A DNA stretch of 64,000 bases from Bacteroidaceae bacterium (GCA_045594385.1 JAZNYM010000032.1:8339-72338); one strand, 5' to 3'. Positions 27,904-37,860 are shown, counted from the stretch's first letter. Numbers and translations: made by a program. The notes: a model not told the origin generated them from the sequence alone.

Positions 27904-30264
27904 TTACTTTAGAACAACTAGGCGAGTTACTATTGTTTGGCTGGCATCTTCTGTGTTACAGATAACATGATAGATGCCACTTGAAACACGATTGCCAGAT
28001 ATATTACAACAATTCCAACGCACACTTCCACCTATACTTTTAGTTCCCCACACTACCTGGCCTGAAGGTCCTACTATCTTGACCTCAGCACCATCTGTGA
28101 GTCCCTGAATGGTCACTATCGCGTTGGTATTGGGTCTAACGGGATTTGGGAAAATCTTAATATTACTCTCAGAGAGAGTCGTTTCCGCCTCAACAACATT
28201 CTCACTATAACTGCAAAGTCCCAAATTTGTCCCAAACATAACAATGCCTGTTTTAGGATTTATTGCAATACTATGTATGTAGTCAGATAACAAATGTGAG
28301 TTCTCAGTTGTAAAATGATGTATCGTTTCCTGCCCATCATGGCTGACAAGATATACACCATCGTCACTGGTTCCGATCCATTTACGATTGGAAGGATCTA
28401 CAGCTATACATGTAACATGCACCCCAGCCAGCAGATAATCGGCATAGCCACTTCCATCATTACGATTACGCTTTATCTGATGAAAGCGAAAATCATTCTC
28501 AAACCATGACTGAGGATTGGTCATTACAAACAAGCCTTCATTAGTTCCGCACCATATCTGTGCATCATGGTCTTCCGTCAGACAATAAAATTGTGTCGGC
28601 AGTACAGTTGTACCGTCCTGATTGGTGATGGTATTTCTGAGCAAATGACGATCGTCATCCTGCATATTCAAAGTCCCGTTGGTATCAAAACCAAAGAAAC
28701 CTCGCTTTCCTCCCTCATACGTTACCATAAAATTAATGCCACATGATGAAAAAAGATACTGGAACACATTCTCCGACTCAACTATTTCCGGGTAATACAA
28801 TGAAATCCACTTGCCATTAGGACGCATAATACGCACTATAGTGTCTGTCTGCTGATTAGCCATCCACAGGTTACCGTTAGCGTCATACTGCAATGCGGCG
28901 CATGTACAATAATTCCAGGGTCTAGGCGTATTTACAGCAATACACCGGAGAGGCGAGTTTTCGTAGTTATATAATCCCACAAAGTTTATTTCACCATCTT
29001 CATTCATACGGTATTCATGCAATCCATTACGATAAACAGCTCCATAAAAATGATTGGCATCAGCAGGATCTTGTACCAAATCTACGGCGTTGTAATGAGT
29101 AAGGTGAGGATATGCCTCCTTCGGAGACTTTTCATCAAATAACGTCCAATGAGGTTGTATACCATTATCCTCCATGAACATAAAAGTTACAGGATAATAT
29201 GAAGCCAACTGAGTATTGATTCCACCTGCAACCATCAACCTGTCTCCTGCATAATTCATATGATAGAACAGATCATTACGTGGAGAATCAATCGTAAAAA
29301 GCCTGCTCATGTCAGCAAACTGATTCTCCTCCCTGGTGCAAGTGACTAGACCATCAATTCCTCCTGCTATATAGTATCTATCGTTATGGCAAGTTATACC
29401 ATTAACGAAAATGGTTGTTGGAATCTGGATGTTATCCCACCTACTGGTGTACTCTCCTTCATATATAAACACACGATTGTGAACGCCAAAGACCAATTTA
29501 TCCTCTACTGACAAGAAATATGACAGTGCACTTTCAAGTATGCCCAACGGTGTTCCATCCAACTTTATTTCATCAACACCCTTAAGTTTACAACCGAACA
29601 AATGTGAGTCATGAACAGCCAACTTTGTATAAACTACCTTACTAATCGGAGATTGCCACAAAGCCTTATCATGCATGTTGCTTCCGGCCGAAACACAGAA
29701 CAGTCCCTTGGATGTCGATATGTACAACATGCCATCAATCTGCACTATCGAATACGCTATTCCATCCAGTGATTTATAAGTTTCATTAATGACCGCTGCT
29801 TCTGAATCCAATTCAATTATACTATTACTCGTACAAAAAAATACAGTTTCATCAACGTGACTTATTCCTGTTACATCGTCCCCTAAAATAGATTTATCCC
29901 TTAATGCCGGGATATTATATACTCCATCATCCGAATCCAACAGGTCTATATTTCCATTCTTGTATAGTATAATGAGTCGCTCACTTTTGATATTATATGA
30001 TATACGTGATATTTCCTTGTCGTTAAGATCGTGTATACAATCGTATGTCTTCAAGCTTCCATCATCCACGTCATAGCGAACCAAATTGCCCGTCTGGGAA
30101 TTTAACGTACCGCTACCCTTCATTATACAATATAAGTAGTTGTCAGCAACCTCCACTTGTATGGCCTCACTAAAAGCAGGATACACCTGCCACTTCTCGT
30201 TTTGCGGATACAAGAAGAGACAGGTGCAGAAACACAAAGTAACTATCAAAAAGACTCTGTGCAT
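27904..30264 (-). CDS. Beta-propeller (two-component-regulator-propeller-like) protein with a T9SS C-terminal sorting domain
   Basis: The C-terminal about 80 aa (KIFPNPV...GIYHV...) matches the type A T9SS CTD pattern. The true start, MHRVF at 30264, lies 1 nt after the wzc stop. Confidence 0.75.
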   Translation of the reverse strand: MHRVFLIVTLCFCTCLFLYPQNEKWQVYPAFSEAIQVEVADNYLYCIMKGSGTLNSQTGNLVRYDVDDGSLKTYDCIHDLNDKEISRISYNIKSERLIILYKNGNIDLLDSDDGVYNIPALRDKSILGDDVTGISHVDETVFFCTSNSIIELDSEAAVINETYKSLDGIAYSIVQIDGMLYISTSKGLFCVSAGSNMHDKALWQSPISKVVYTKLAVHDSHLFGCKLKGVDEIKLDGTPLGILESALSYFLSVEDKLVFGVHNRVFIYEGEYTSRWDNIQIPTTIFVNGITCHNDRYYIAGGIDGLVTCTREENQFADMSRLFTIDSPRNDLFYHMNYAGDRLMVAGGINTQLASYYPVTFMFMEDNGIQPHWTLFDEKSPKEAYPHLTHYNAVDLVQDPADANHFYGAVYRNGLHEYRMNEDGEINFVGLYNYENSPLRCIAVNTPRPWNYCTCAALQYDANGNLWMANQQTDTIVRIMRPNGKWISLYYPEIVESENVFQYLFSSCGINFMVTYEGGKRGFFGFDTNGTLNMQDDDRHLLRNTITNQDGTTVLPTQFYCLTEDHDAQIWCGTNEGLFVMTNPQSWFENDFRFHQIKRNRNDGSGYADYLLAGVHVTCIAVDPSNRKWIGTSDDGVYLVSHDGQETIHHFTTENSHLLSDYIHSIAINPKTGIVMFGTNLGLCSYSENVVEAETTLSESNIKIFPNPVRPNTNAIVTIQGLTDGAEVKIVGPSGQVVWGTKSIGGSVRWNCCNISGNRVSSGIYHVICNTEDASQTIVTRLVVLK

Positions 30265-30265
30265 A

Positions 30266-32764
30266 TTACTTTTCAGTAAAGGTTTTGTCACCTCCATCTG
30301 TACGGCCATAGTGACCATAGTGACCATAGTGACCATAACGCCCGTAATGACCATAATGATATGACTGGCGACGTTTGCTCATGTTCACACCGTTCAAGAC
30401 AATATTACAATTAGGCATCTTTTCCTCATTGACCAAACTATTTATCAGCTCAAAATTAACCTTAGGAGAATGGTCAACTCGGGCAACAAACAGGGTAACG
30501 TTTGCCAACTTGGCAATCATTAATGTATCAGATACCAATCCAACTGGTGGTGTATCCATGATAACATAGTCATATTTCTTTGAAAGATAGTCTATTGCCT
30601 TCGGAAGCAAATCACCGCTAAGCAATTCAGCAGGATTAGGAGGTATTATGCCAGCAGGTAACACATCCATATTCTTATGTATTCCAGAAGGTATTATCTG
30701 GCTCTCCAACAATTCATAGTCAGGTTCTAAACCGCATAGGAAATTTACAATGCCTTGCTTGGTCGGTTTCAACCCAAACAATGCCACCAATCTTGGTTTA
30801 CGGATATCCAAACCAACAACCACCACTCTCTTTCCTAAAAGAGCCAATGACATCGCCAAATTGGCAGCCACAAATGTCTTTCCTTCCCCAGGGATAACCG
30901 AAGTTGTCATTATTATGTTCTGACCTGGTTTAAGCACAAAACTGATATTTGTTCTCAAACCTCTAAATGACTCTTCCATAGAATCATTATAATTCTCACG
31001 AACAACAACCGCACGCTCCGCATTCTTACCCGTTTGGTTTTTAATTGCTGGAATATCTGCCAAAATTGGCAACTTAGTGAGACTTTCAACATCCTTACGG
31101 CCTTCAATGCGATAACTTAGCAATTCTCTAAGTAGCATAATACCTATTGGCAAAGCCAAACCGAGTATCAATCCCAGCAGCAGAACCATACTAGTCTTTG
31201 GGCTTACCTTCCCGTTTATGACAGGAGTATCAATCAAGCGTCCCTTAGTTGCTGTGCTGTATAGTTGAATAAAGTTCTCTTCACGCTTTTGCAGCAAAGT
31301 CAAATACAGTTCTGACTGCAAGGTTTGCTGACGTATGATATTTGCCAAAACACGCTCTTGCGTAGGAGTCGCAGAAATACGTCCTGTCACATATTTATAC
31401 TCATCTTCTACGGCTTTTTTCCTTAGTTCTACATTACGACAAATATTCGTCATGTTCTGACGTATGGAGGGCCACATGTCGGAAATTTCGCGAGTCAACT
31501 GTACTACCATTGGATTTTCTTCGCTGCTACCTCTAAGATAACGATTCCTCTTTAGAACCATTTCATTATAACCGGTAATCATCGAAACCAGAGGCGCAAT
31601 AAGAGGAGAATTCTCCAATCCCATATTCGCCGGTATTATCTGGAGGTAGTTTTCCGGATTATCCATGTACTCCATCAACGACTTCAGAACCGTATATTGA
31701 GTTTGTACCTCCAACAAATCTCTCTTGTATTCCGACGATTCTTTAAGAACTGAATTGGCATCGTTGGCGAGGTTAATAAGTTCATTCTTTTTCTTATAAG
31801 ATTCCATATTACCCTCCGTCATATCCAATTCTTGCCTTATGCTAGCCAAACGATCGGAGATGAATTCCTCTGTCTTTCGTGCAATCTCGTTCTTGTCCTC
31901 ATTGGCCTCCTCATTATAGCATACGAACAATTCGTTCAGGAAGTCCAGCGCACGTGTCTTCTTTGTATCCGTCAAGCTTACATTAGCCACAGTTGTCGTC
32001 TTGGCTGTAGCCGTAGCATTCAAAATTTTTGTCGAATACACTCTTCCCACATATTGAGGAGAGTAGATCGCCACGTACAAATCCTTGCCCTTCTTCATCA
32101 ATTCAGTCACCTTTTCCGCATCTAGTTTTGACTGAAGATTTGCAAAATCAGAATTGGCGGTAATCGTAATAACTCCATAAGGAGTTGCAAGCGATGCAGG
32201 CAAAGACGACACGTCGGCACTATAAGTGATTTCATCAGGTTCCAAATGGTTGAAGTATCCGTCAACGTGGTAACCAGAGGTCCCCAAAGCACTTATTCTC
32301 AGGCCAAGCGGAATACTCAAGGTATCTCTGAAACACTTATCCAAATCAATCGAGATAGGACTATTCTTATATAGTTCCTGTTTCTTTACAGTCCCTTCCA
32401 GATAATATCTGACGTACAATTTCAGACGGTCTACCACATCTGAAGATAAAGCCGCACTGCGCAATATTTCCAACTCATTGTCAAAGGCGTCCGAATTTGA
32501 CATCAATCCCATCTCCCCCAGGCTCATACTCATTCCCCTAAAAGCGGAATTCTTCTTATCTGACTCCTTTACCAGAATCTTCATGGATGCAGAATACACT
32601 GGAGAAGTGTATCTCAAATATACCACAGAAATACACAAGCATACCAGCACAGAAAGCAATACCCAATACCAATTGATGAGGACAAGAGCCCAGATTTTCT
32701 TCAAGTCAAAAAGCTCGTTTTCCTCCACTTCATCATACACCTTCTTTTTAACATTTTCTGCCAT
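30266..32764 (-). CDS. wzc: Tyrosine autokinase / polysaccharide co-polymerase (Wzc, PCP2a) with an (H/R)YG-repeat tail
   Basis: Two TM segments flank a coiled-coil. Walker A is SVIPGEGKT and Walker B region VIMDTPPV. The C-terminal tail is YHYGHYGRYGHYGHYGHYGR. ATG at 32764 (the GTG at 32773 is in the track). Confidence 0.9.
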   Translation of the reverse strand: MAENVKKKVYDEVEENELFDLKKIWALVLINWYWVLLSVLVCLCISVVYLRYTSPVYSASMKILVKESDKKNSAFRGMSMSLGEMGLMSNSDAFDNELEILRSAALSSDVVDRLKLYVRYYLEGTVKKQELYKNSPISIDLDKCFRDTLSIPLGLRISALGTSGYHVDGYFNHLEPDEITYSADVSSLPASLATPYGVITITANSDFANLQSKLDAEKVTELMKKGKDLYVAIYSPQYVGRVYSTKILNATATAKTTTVANVSLTDTKKTRALDFLNELFVCYNEEANEDKNEIARKTEEFISDRLASIRQELDMTEGNMESYKKKNELINLANDANSVLKESSEYKRDLLEVQTQYTVLKSLMEYMDNPENYLQIIPANMGLENSPLIAPLVSMITGYNEMVLKRNRYLRGSSEENPMVVQLTREISDMWPSIRQNMTNICRNVELRKKAVEDEYKYVTGRISATPTQERVLANIIRQQTLQSELYLTLLQKREENFIQLYSTATKGRLIDTPVINGKVSPKTSMVLLLGLILGLALPIGIMLLRELLSYRIEGRKDVESLTKLPILADIPAIKNQTGKNAERAVVVRENYNDSMEESFRGLRTNISFVLKPGQNIIMTTSVIPGEGKTFVAANLAMSLALLGKRVVVVGLDIRKPRLVALFGLKPTKQGIVNFLCGLEPDYELLESQIIPSGIHKNMDVLPAGIIPPNPAELLSGDLLPKAIDYLSKKYDYVIMDTPPVGLVSDTLMIAKLANVTLFVARVDHSPKVNFELINSLVNEEKMPNCNIVLNGVNMSKRRQSYHYGHYGRYGHYGHYGHYGRTDGGDKTFTEK

Positions 32765-32930
32765 AATTTCCACTGATTATATTCAATACATTACAACGCA
32801 GCAATATTATACTACGCATTACAACCGCCAAAGTTATGGAATATTTTTCAAATGCACAAGTTTATCAGGCAAAAAGAGTCTCACGCAAAAGAAAAAGAGT
32901 GTTTAATTTTAATTATTCTTCAATATTACC

Positions 32931-32938
32931 TAACTTTG
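32931..32938 (+). promoter_or_regulatory. Candidate -7 box (TAACTTTG)
   Basis: taactttg at 32931-32938, 9 nt before the ATG at 32947, in the divergent wzc intergenic region. Confidence 0.35.
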
Positions 32939-32946
32939 CGCAATAT

Positions 32947-33564
32947 ATGGAAAAGTACATGGACAGGAACGGTGCAGAGTTCCAAAAACGCCTCATATGG
33001 TCAATTGACATCATCATGCTGAATGCATGTGGTGTTGCCATATATTATGCCCTCGCCATTGACACTGACTATATTTCCGCATTGTTGGCAATTAACGGCA
33101 TCGCTATAATTGCTTTCCGCCAATGGATATGCTACTCTTTACAAATCCACTGGCTACTAAGTCCTCTAAACCGCTTTTTGAAACGTTTGGCCGATATCGT
33201 TTTGGCAACTCTTTTCTTACTCACGCTATTCCCCATTATGATAATACTGCATGCTGTTGTCACCAAAGCGAATCATGGAGGGCCGATTTTCTGTTTTCGA
33301 AAATTCACAACCGGCCAAAATCGTTTTTTTACAGCAATAGCATTTAACGCAAACCCATTTAGAGGCAATAAAATCCTGGAGATGACACCACTGGCTTTTA
33401 ACATCTTAATCGGTTCTATCTCCATTTGGGATTTGGGGATTGTGCAAGAAGTCCCGACGGACAACCACAATCCTTCGCAGACCGAGCACGAAGAACCTTG
33501 TTTTGAGGCATTTCCTACACAAGAGACACAAGACAAACAGACAATAGAAGATGAGCATATTTAA
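32947..33564 (+). CDS. Degenerate bacterial sugar-transferase (EpsL/WbaP C-terminal-domain)-like protein, probably inactive
   Basis: LKRLADIVLATLFLLTLFPIMIIL..GGPIFCFRKF and PLAFNILIGSISIWDLG resemble the KRxxD...GPxFFxQxR and LPQLxNVLxGxMSxVGPRP blocks. The KFRTM and DxR blocks and the C-terminal part are missing. The start is uncertain (32947 or 32959). Confidence 0.45.
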   Translation: MEKYMDRNGAEFQKRLIWSIDIIMLNACGVAIYYALAIDTDYISALLAINGIAIIAFRQWICYSLQIHWLLSPLNRFLKRLADIVLATLFLLTLFPIMIILHAVVTKANHGGPIFCFRKFTTGQNRFFTAIAFNANPFRGNKILEMTPLAFNILIGSISIWDLGIVQEVPTDNHNPSQTEHEEPCFEAFPTQETQDKQTIEDEHI

Positions 33565-34168
33565 CAATTTATTCAAAAAGAAGGAACAAGTCAATACTGG
33601 AGGCGTGGAGGATTTCATGCTGTTGATTCGCGTATACTACCAAGCTGCCATAGCTGCACAAATCGGGATAAACAATCTTGCGGCATTGCCGGATCTTAGG
33701 ATCTTCAAGCAAACCTACCATGTCACCACCTTGAACAACAAACTGGGACTGGCAGAAAAGAAGCAATGCCAGAAAATGCTTCAAAGCATCTATCACAGCA
33801 GCGACAATTTCTTTAAGGAAATAGACCTCAGCATCAAGAAAAGATGCCGCAATATACAGGACATACAGCCCTACCTTATACAATTCCAGGGATTCAGCCA
33901 AGACCTCATGATGCTGATGGGCAATTTAATGCAGTGGAAGTTTCGCCTGCCCGGTTTCTTCCAAAAAGCAATACGCAATATGGTAGAAAAGCAAGTCCAC
34001 GACATAGTGACAAAGATCGACTGGAAGGATGACTCCGTACGCAGAGCCTGCATATCAATACGCAAATACCAAGCATCACTTGCCTACAGCGAAGCATGGA
34101 TGAGCGAATATGCCTATACGACCATAATGCTCGCAAAAAAAGAAAAAAGCCATAAAAATCCAGAATAG
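33551..34168 (+). CDS. Hypothetical protein
   Basis: 205-aa ORF overlapping the upstream stop by 14 nt, in an operon with the zapA-rny genes. No family recognised. Confidence 0.5.
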   Translation: MSIFNNLFKKKEQVNTGGVEDFMLLIRVYYQAAIAAQIGINNLAALPDLRIFKQTYHVTTLNNKLGLAEKKQCQKMLQSIYHSSDNFFKEIDLSIKKRCRNIQDIQPYLIQFQGFSQDLMMLMGNLMQWKFRLPGFFQKAIRNMVEKQVHDIVTKIDWKDDSVRRACISIRKYQASLAYSEAWMSEYAYTTIMLAKKEKSHKNPE

Positions 34169-34170
34169 GC

Positions 34171-34470
34171 ATGAATCAGAATGTCACATCATTGCTTTCA
34201 AGGCTTGAGACGCGTACACGGCAACTTATGCTGGAATACGACAAACTCAAGCAACAACTGGCGGAAACCAAGCAGCAACTCTCCATGCAGCAGCAGCAGT
34301 GTGTCCATCTGGAAGAAGAAAAACGCGAGCTCGAGGAAAAATACGCCAGACTCAAAATGGCCAAAATGATTGATATGGCTGATGATGACAATTTGAAGAC
34401 TACGCGCCAACGCATCAACAAAATGATTGCATCGGTAGACAGATGCCTTGCAACACTGAAAGCACAATAG
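34171..34470 (+). CDS. Coiled-coil protein (ZapB-like) upstream of zapA
   Basis: 99 aa, Q/E/K-rich with heptad character. It starts 3 nt after the previous stop. Confidence 0.55.
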   Translation: MNQNVTSLLSRLETRTRQLMLEYDKLKQQLAETKQQLSMQQQQCVHLEEEKRELEEKYARLKMAKMIDMADDDNLKTTRQRINKMIASVDRCLATLKAQ

Positions 34471-34478
34471 CAACAGGT

Positions 34479-34775
34479 ATGGAAGACACACAGAAAATAA
34501 CCATACGCTTTGGTTCATGGGACCTGCCAATGAATGTACTTCGCAAAGACGAACACCTTTATCGTGAAGCGGAGAGACTGATGAAAGAGCGATACACTTT
34601 CTATACGAGCAACTATAAAGGTCTGGCCACAGAGCGCTATATGGTAATGTGCATGTTGGACATTGCCGTCAGACTGCAACACGCTTTGGAGAACAATGAC
34701 AACGCAGATACTGTAGAAAGATTGACCCCTCTCGTTGAAGAGATTGAACAGATGTTGAAAGAACAACGAAATTAG
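34479..34775 (+). CDS. zapA: Cell division protein ZapA
   Basis: About 98 aa. The zapA-rny gene order is conserved in Bacteroidota. The ATG at 34479 follows the upstream stop at 34470. Confidence 0.65.
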   Translation: MEDTQKITIRFGSWDLPMNVLRKDEHLYREAERLMKERYTFYTSNYKGLATERYMVMCMLDIAVRLQHALENNDNADTVERLTPLVEEIEQMLKEQRN

Positions 34776-34828
34776 AATTTACACATTATTATATATATAA
34801 CATTTTAACCTAATTCATTAAAAACAAC

Positions 34829-36376
34829 ATGATCGAAATAATAATCGGAGTAGCCTGTGGCCTTATTTTGGTAGCAGCTTGGTGGGCTGTCTGGTACTTT
34901 GTTGTAGTACCACAAAAACAACAGAAAATGGAAGCAGAAATCCAGAAAGAGGCCGAAGTCATCAAACAGAAGAAGCTTTTGGAAGTCAAAGAAAAATTCC
35001 TTTCCAAAAAGAATGAATTGGATAAGGAAATACACCAGCGCAACCAACAGCTTCAACAGGCTGAGAATAGAAACAAACAACGCGAAATGAGCCTAAACCA
35101 GCGACAGGATGAACTTAACCGCCGTAAACAGGAAACAGAAGCCTTGCGTACGCGTTTGGACAATCAACTGACTATGCTGGAAAAGAAGGAAGAGGAACTG
35201 GATGCGCGTCAAAACGATCTGATAAACCAGGAACGTTCAAAACTGGAAGAACTTTCCGGACTGTCTGCAGAAGAAGCCAAACAACAGCTCATAGACTCTC
35301 TTAAAGATGAGGCCCGTACCAATGCACAGGCCTACATAAACGAAATTGTAGACGAAGCAAAACTCAATGCTAACAAGGAAGCCAAGCGAATTATTATTCA
35401 AAGTATACAGCGTGTAGCAACAGAAACCGCAGTAGAAAACAGCGTTACCGTTTTTCATATCGACAACGACGAGGTCAAGGGCAGAGTAATTGGACGTGAA
35501 GGACGTAACATACGGGCTTTGGAAAACGCAACAGGTGTGGAAATTGTTGTAGACGACACTCCCGAAGCAATAGTCATAAGTGCCTTTGACCCTGTTCGTA
35601 GGGAAATTTGCCGTCTGGCACTGCACCAACTTGTTTCTGACGGCAGAATACATCCGGCCCGTATAGAAGAAGTGGTTGCCAAAGTCAAGAAACAGGTAGA
35701 AGAAGAAATTCAGGAAACAGGCAAGAGAACGACTATTGACTTGGGAATACATGGTCTTCATCCCGAACTGGTACGTATTATCGGCAAAATGAAATATCGC
35801 AGTTCATATGGGCAGAATCTCCTCCAGCATGCCAGAGAAACAGCCAACCTCTGTGCTGTAATGGCTAGCGAACTAGGCCTGAATCCAAAGAAAGCCAAAC
35901 GCGCCGGTCTATTGCACGACATAGGAAAAGTACCTGACGAAGAACCGGAAATGCCACACGCATTATACGGAGCAAAACTGGCTGAAAAGTATAAGGAAAA
36001 GCCAGATATATGCAATGCAATCGGCGCACACCACGAAGAAACGGAAATGACCTCACTTATCGCACCAATTGTACAAGTGTGCGATGCTATCAGTGGAGCA
36101 CGTCCCGGAGCACGCAGAGAAATCGTAGAAGCATACATCAAGAGACTGAAGGATCTGGAGAACATTGCCATGTCATATCCTGGTGTCACCAAGACCTATG
36201 CCATACAAGCCGGACGTGAGCTAAGAGTTATAGTCGGAGCAGACAAGATTGATGACAAGCAGACAGAGAAACTCTCTGGAGAAATAGCTACACGGATCCA
36301 GAATGAGATGACATATCCTGGTCAAGTTAAGATTACAGTTATACGTGAAACCCGTTCAGTAGCATACGCAAAATAA
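34829..36376 (+). CDS. rny: Ribonuclease Y
   Basis: N-terminal TM, long coiled-coil, KH domain ([15 protein letters not shown]) and HD domain (HDIGK...GAHHEE). 515 aa. Confidence 0.95.
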   Translation: MIEIIIGVACGLILVAAWWAVWYFVVVPQKQQKMEAEIQKEAEVIKQKKLLEVKEKFLSKKNELDKEIHQRNQQLQQAENRNKQREMSLNQRQDELNRRKQETEALRTRLDNQLTMLEKKEEELDARQNDLINQERSKLEELSGLSAEEAKQQLIDSLKDEARTNAQAYINEIVDEAKLNANKEAKRIIIQSIQRVATETAVENSVTVFHIDNDEVKGRVIGREGRNIRALENATGVEIVVDDTPEAIVISAFDPVRREICRLALHQLVSDGRIHPARIEEVVAKVKKQVEEEIQETGKRTTIDLGIHGLHPELVRIIGKMKYRSSYGQNLLQHARETANLCAVMASELGLNPKKAKRAGLLHDIGKVPDEEPEMPHALYGAKLAEKYKEKPDICNAIGAHHEETEMTSLIAPIVQVCDAISGARPGARREIVEAYIKRLKDLENIAMSYPGVTKTYAIQAGRELRVIVGADKIDDKQTEKLSGEIATRIQNEMTYPGQVKITVIRETRSVAYAK

Positions 36377-36382
36377 CAAATT

Positions 36383-36805
36383 ATGATTATTGCTGTAGAT
36401 TTCGACGGAACTATCGTCACCCATGAATATCCAAAGATTGGCAAAGAAATACCATTTGCCACACAGACATTAAAAATGCTCATAAACGACGGACACCGTT
36501 TAATATTATGGTCAGTACGTGAGGGCCAGCTTCTTGAAGATGCTGTTAAATGGTGTAGAGAGCGTGGTTTGGAGTTCTATGCGGTAAATAAAGATTACCC
36601 CGAGGAAGAAAAGGCAAACAACAACCATTTTTCAAGGAAGTTGAAAGCCGATATGTGGATAGACGACCGTAATGTAGGAGGACTACCGGATTGGGGCACC
36701 ATCTACCGTATAATAAAGGAAGGAAAGACATATGAAGAGGTGCTCAATGGTAACATCACCGCAGAAGAGCAAACCGGCAAAAAACGTAAATGGTGGCAGT
36801 TTTAG
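36383..36805 (+). CDS. Small HAD-fold hydrolase-like protein
   Basis: N-terminal VDFDGTIV (DxDGT) motif. 140 aa. Confidence 0.55.
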   Translation: MIIAVDFDGTIVTHEYPKIGKEIPFATQTLKMLINDGHRLILWSVREGQLLEDAVKWCRERGLEFYAVNKDYPEEEKANNNHFSRKLKADMWIDDRNVGGLPDWGTIYRIIKEGKTYEEVLNGNITAEEQTGKKRKWWQF

Positions 36806-36840
36806 TCAAATAGTTTAATCATACCATAACATAGACAGAC

Positions 36841-37668
36841 ATGAAAAAATCCTTATTCTTCATGAGTACCATGTTACTCTTGGTGGCAAGTATGCTGACA
36901 ACCGGTTGCGTAAGCCAAAAGAAACTGGTCTATTTCCAAGGTGCAGACACACTCTATGCTACTGCTCAGAGAATTTCGCAGCAATATGAAATGAAACTGA
37001 AGCCGGCAGACCAGATTCTTGTAAAAATCACGACAACCGATAATCCTGAACTTCTGCAAATCTTTGCAAGAGACATAACAATGGGCGCACTTGCTACAAC
37101 CCAAACCTACAATCAGGGCGGAGGTTTGTCAAATGCCTACGGATACACCGTTACAAACGACGGTTACGTTATTCTTCCTGCTATAGGCAAAGTATACGTT
37201 GACAACATGACTTGCGAAAATGCGGCAAGAACTATTGAAAACAAAATCAAAGAGCTCCAAATCATTCAAGAACCTGAAGTGACAGTACGCCTGTTAAATG
37301 CACGTGTCACTGTTGTTGGTGCAGTAAAAGGGCCCAGAAGTGTCAGCCTCACAAGTGAACGTAATACTATCATCGATATTTTGGCCCAATGTGGCGATTT
37401 AGATGTCACATCCCTCAGACAGAACGTGAAGTTATTCAGAGAGGTTAATGGCCAACGCCACATGTACACGCTTGACCTTACGGATGTAAATGTCTTCAAC
37501 AACCCCGCCTTCTATGTAGAGCAAAACGACATGATTTATGTAGAGCCCAACAAGAGCCTAGGCGTAAAGAGCAGTGCATTCTACACATTCCTTAGTGCAG
37601 GCGCAAGCATTCTTGGACTTGCTTCAAGTATCGTAGCCTTAGTGCTTACCATCAAGGATTCCAAATAA
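36841..37668 (+). CDS. Polysaccharide export lipoprotein (short Wza family)
   Basis: Lipobox LTTGC and the Poly_export-type N-terminal motif (YKLKPADQILVKI). C-terminal TM helix. 275 aa. Confidence 0.75.
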   Translation: MKKSLFFMSTMLLLVASMLTTGCVSQKKLVYFQGADTLYATAQRISQQYEMKLKPADQILVKITTTDNPELLQIFARDITMGALATTQTYNQGGGLSNAYGYTVTNDGYVILPAIGKVYVDNMTCENAARTIENKIKELQIIQEPEVTVRLLNARVTVVGAVKGPRSVSLTSERNTIIDILAQCGDLDVTSLRQNVKLFREVNGQRHMYTLDLTDVNVFNNPAFYVEQNDMIYVEPNKSLGVKSSAFYTFLSAGASILGLASSIVALVLTIKDSK

Positions 37669-37705
37669 CCCAAGGTCACATCACTGCTGTCAAACAAAAA
37701 CCAAG

Positions 37706-37771
37706 TCGTTTTATTGCTTTTACCCAAGGACATTCCATCGGACAAAAGCAATAAAACGATTTGCTTTTTTT
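37706..37771 (+). terminator. Rho-independent terminator (16-bp stem plus T-tract)
   Basis: tcgttttattgctttt (37706-37721) pairs with aaaagcaataaaacga (37744-37759), followed by tttgcttttttt. Confidence 0.7.
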
Positions 37772-37860
37772 ATCTTGCTTTTTTTTATCTTTTCACTCCC
37801 CTTCTCGTAAATAGCGGACCGGCTTCGGCTAATATGCAATACATTGTCACTAACCGTTCG

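Noticed and set aside
30265-30354. N-terminal extension MVITGVMVTMVTMVTMAVQMEVTKPLLKSN of the T9SS propeller protein
   Set aside because: It is the reverse-strand reading of the wzc (H/R)YG 9-bp repeat and would overlap wzc by 89 nt. A proper signal peptide begins at MHRVF (30264).
32836-32946. Upstream extension (MEYFSNAQVYQAKRVSRKRKR...) of the sugar-transferase-like ORF
   Set aside because: A TAACTTTG -7 box at 32931-32938 lies inside this extension, so transcription probably starts after it. The extension has no similarity to the family.
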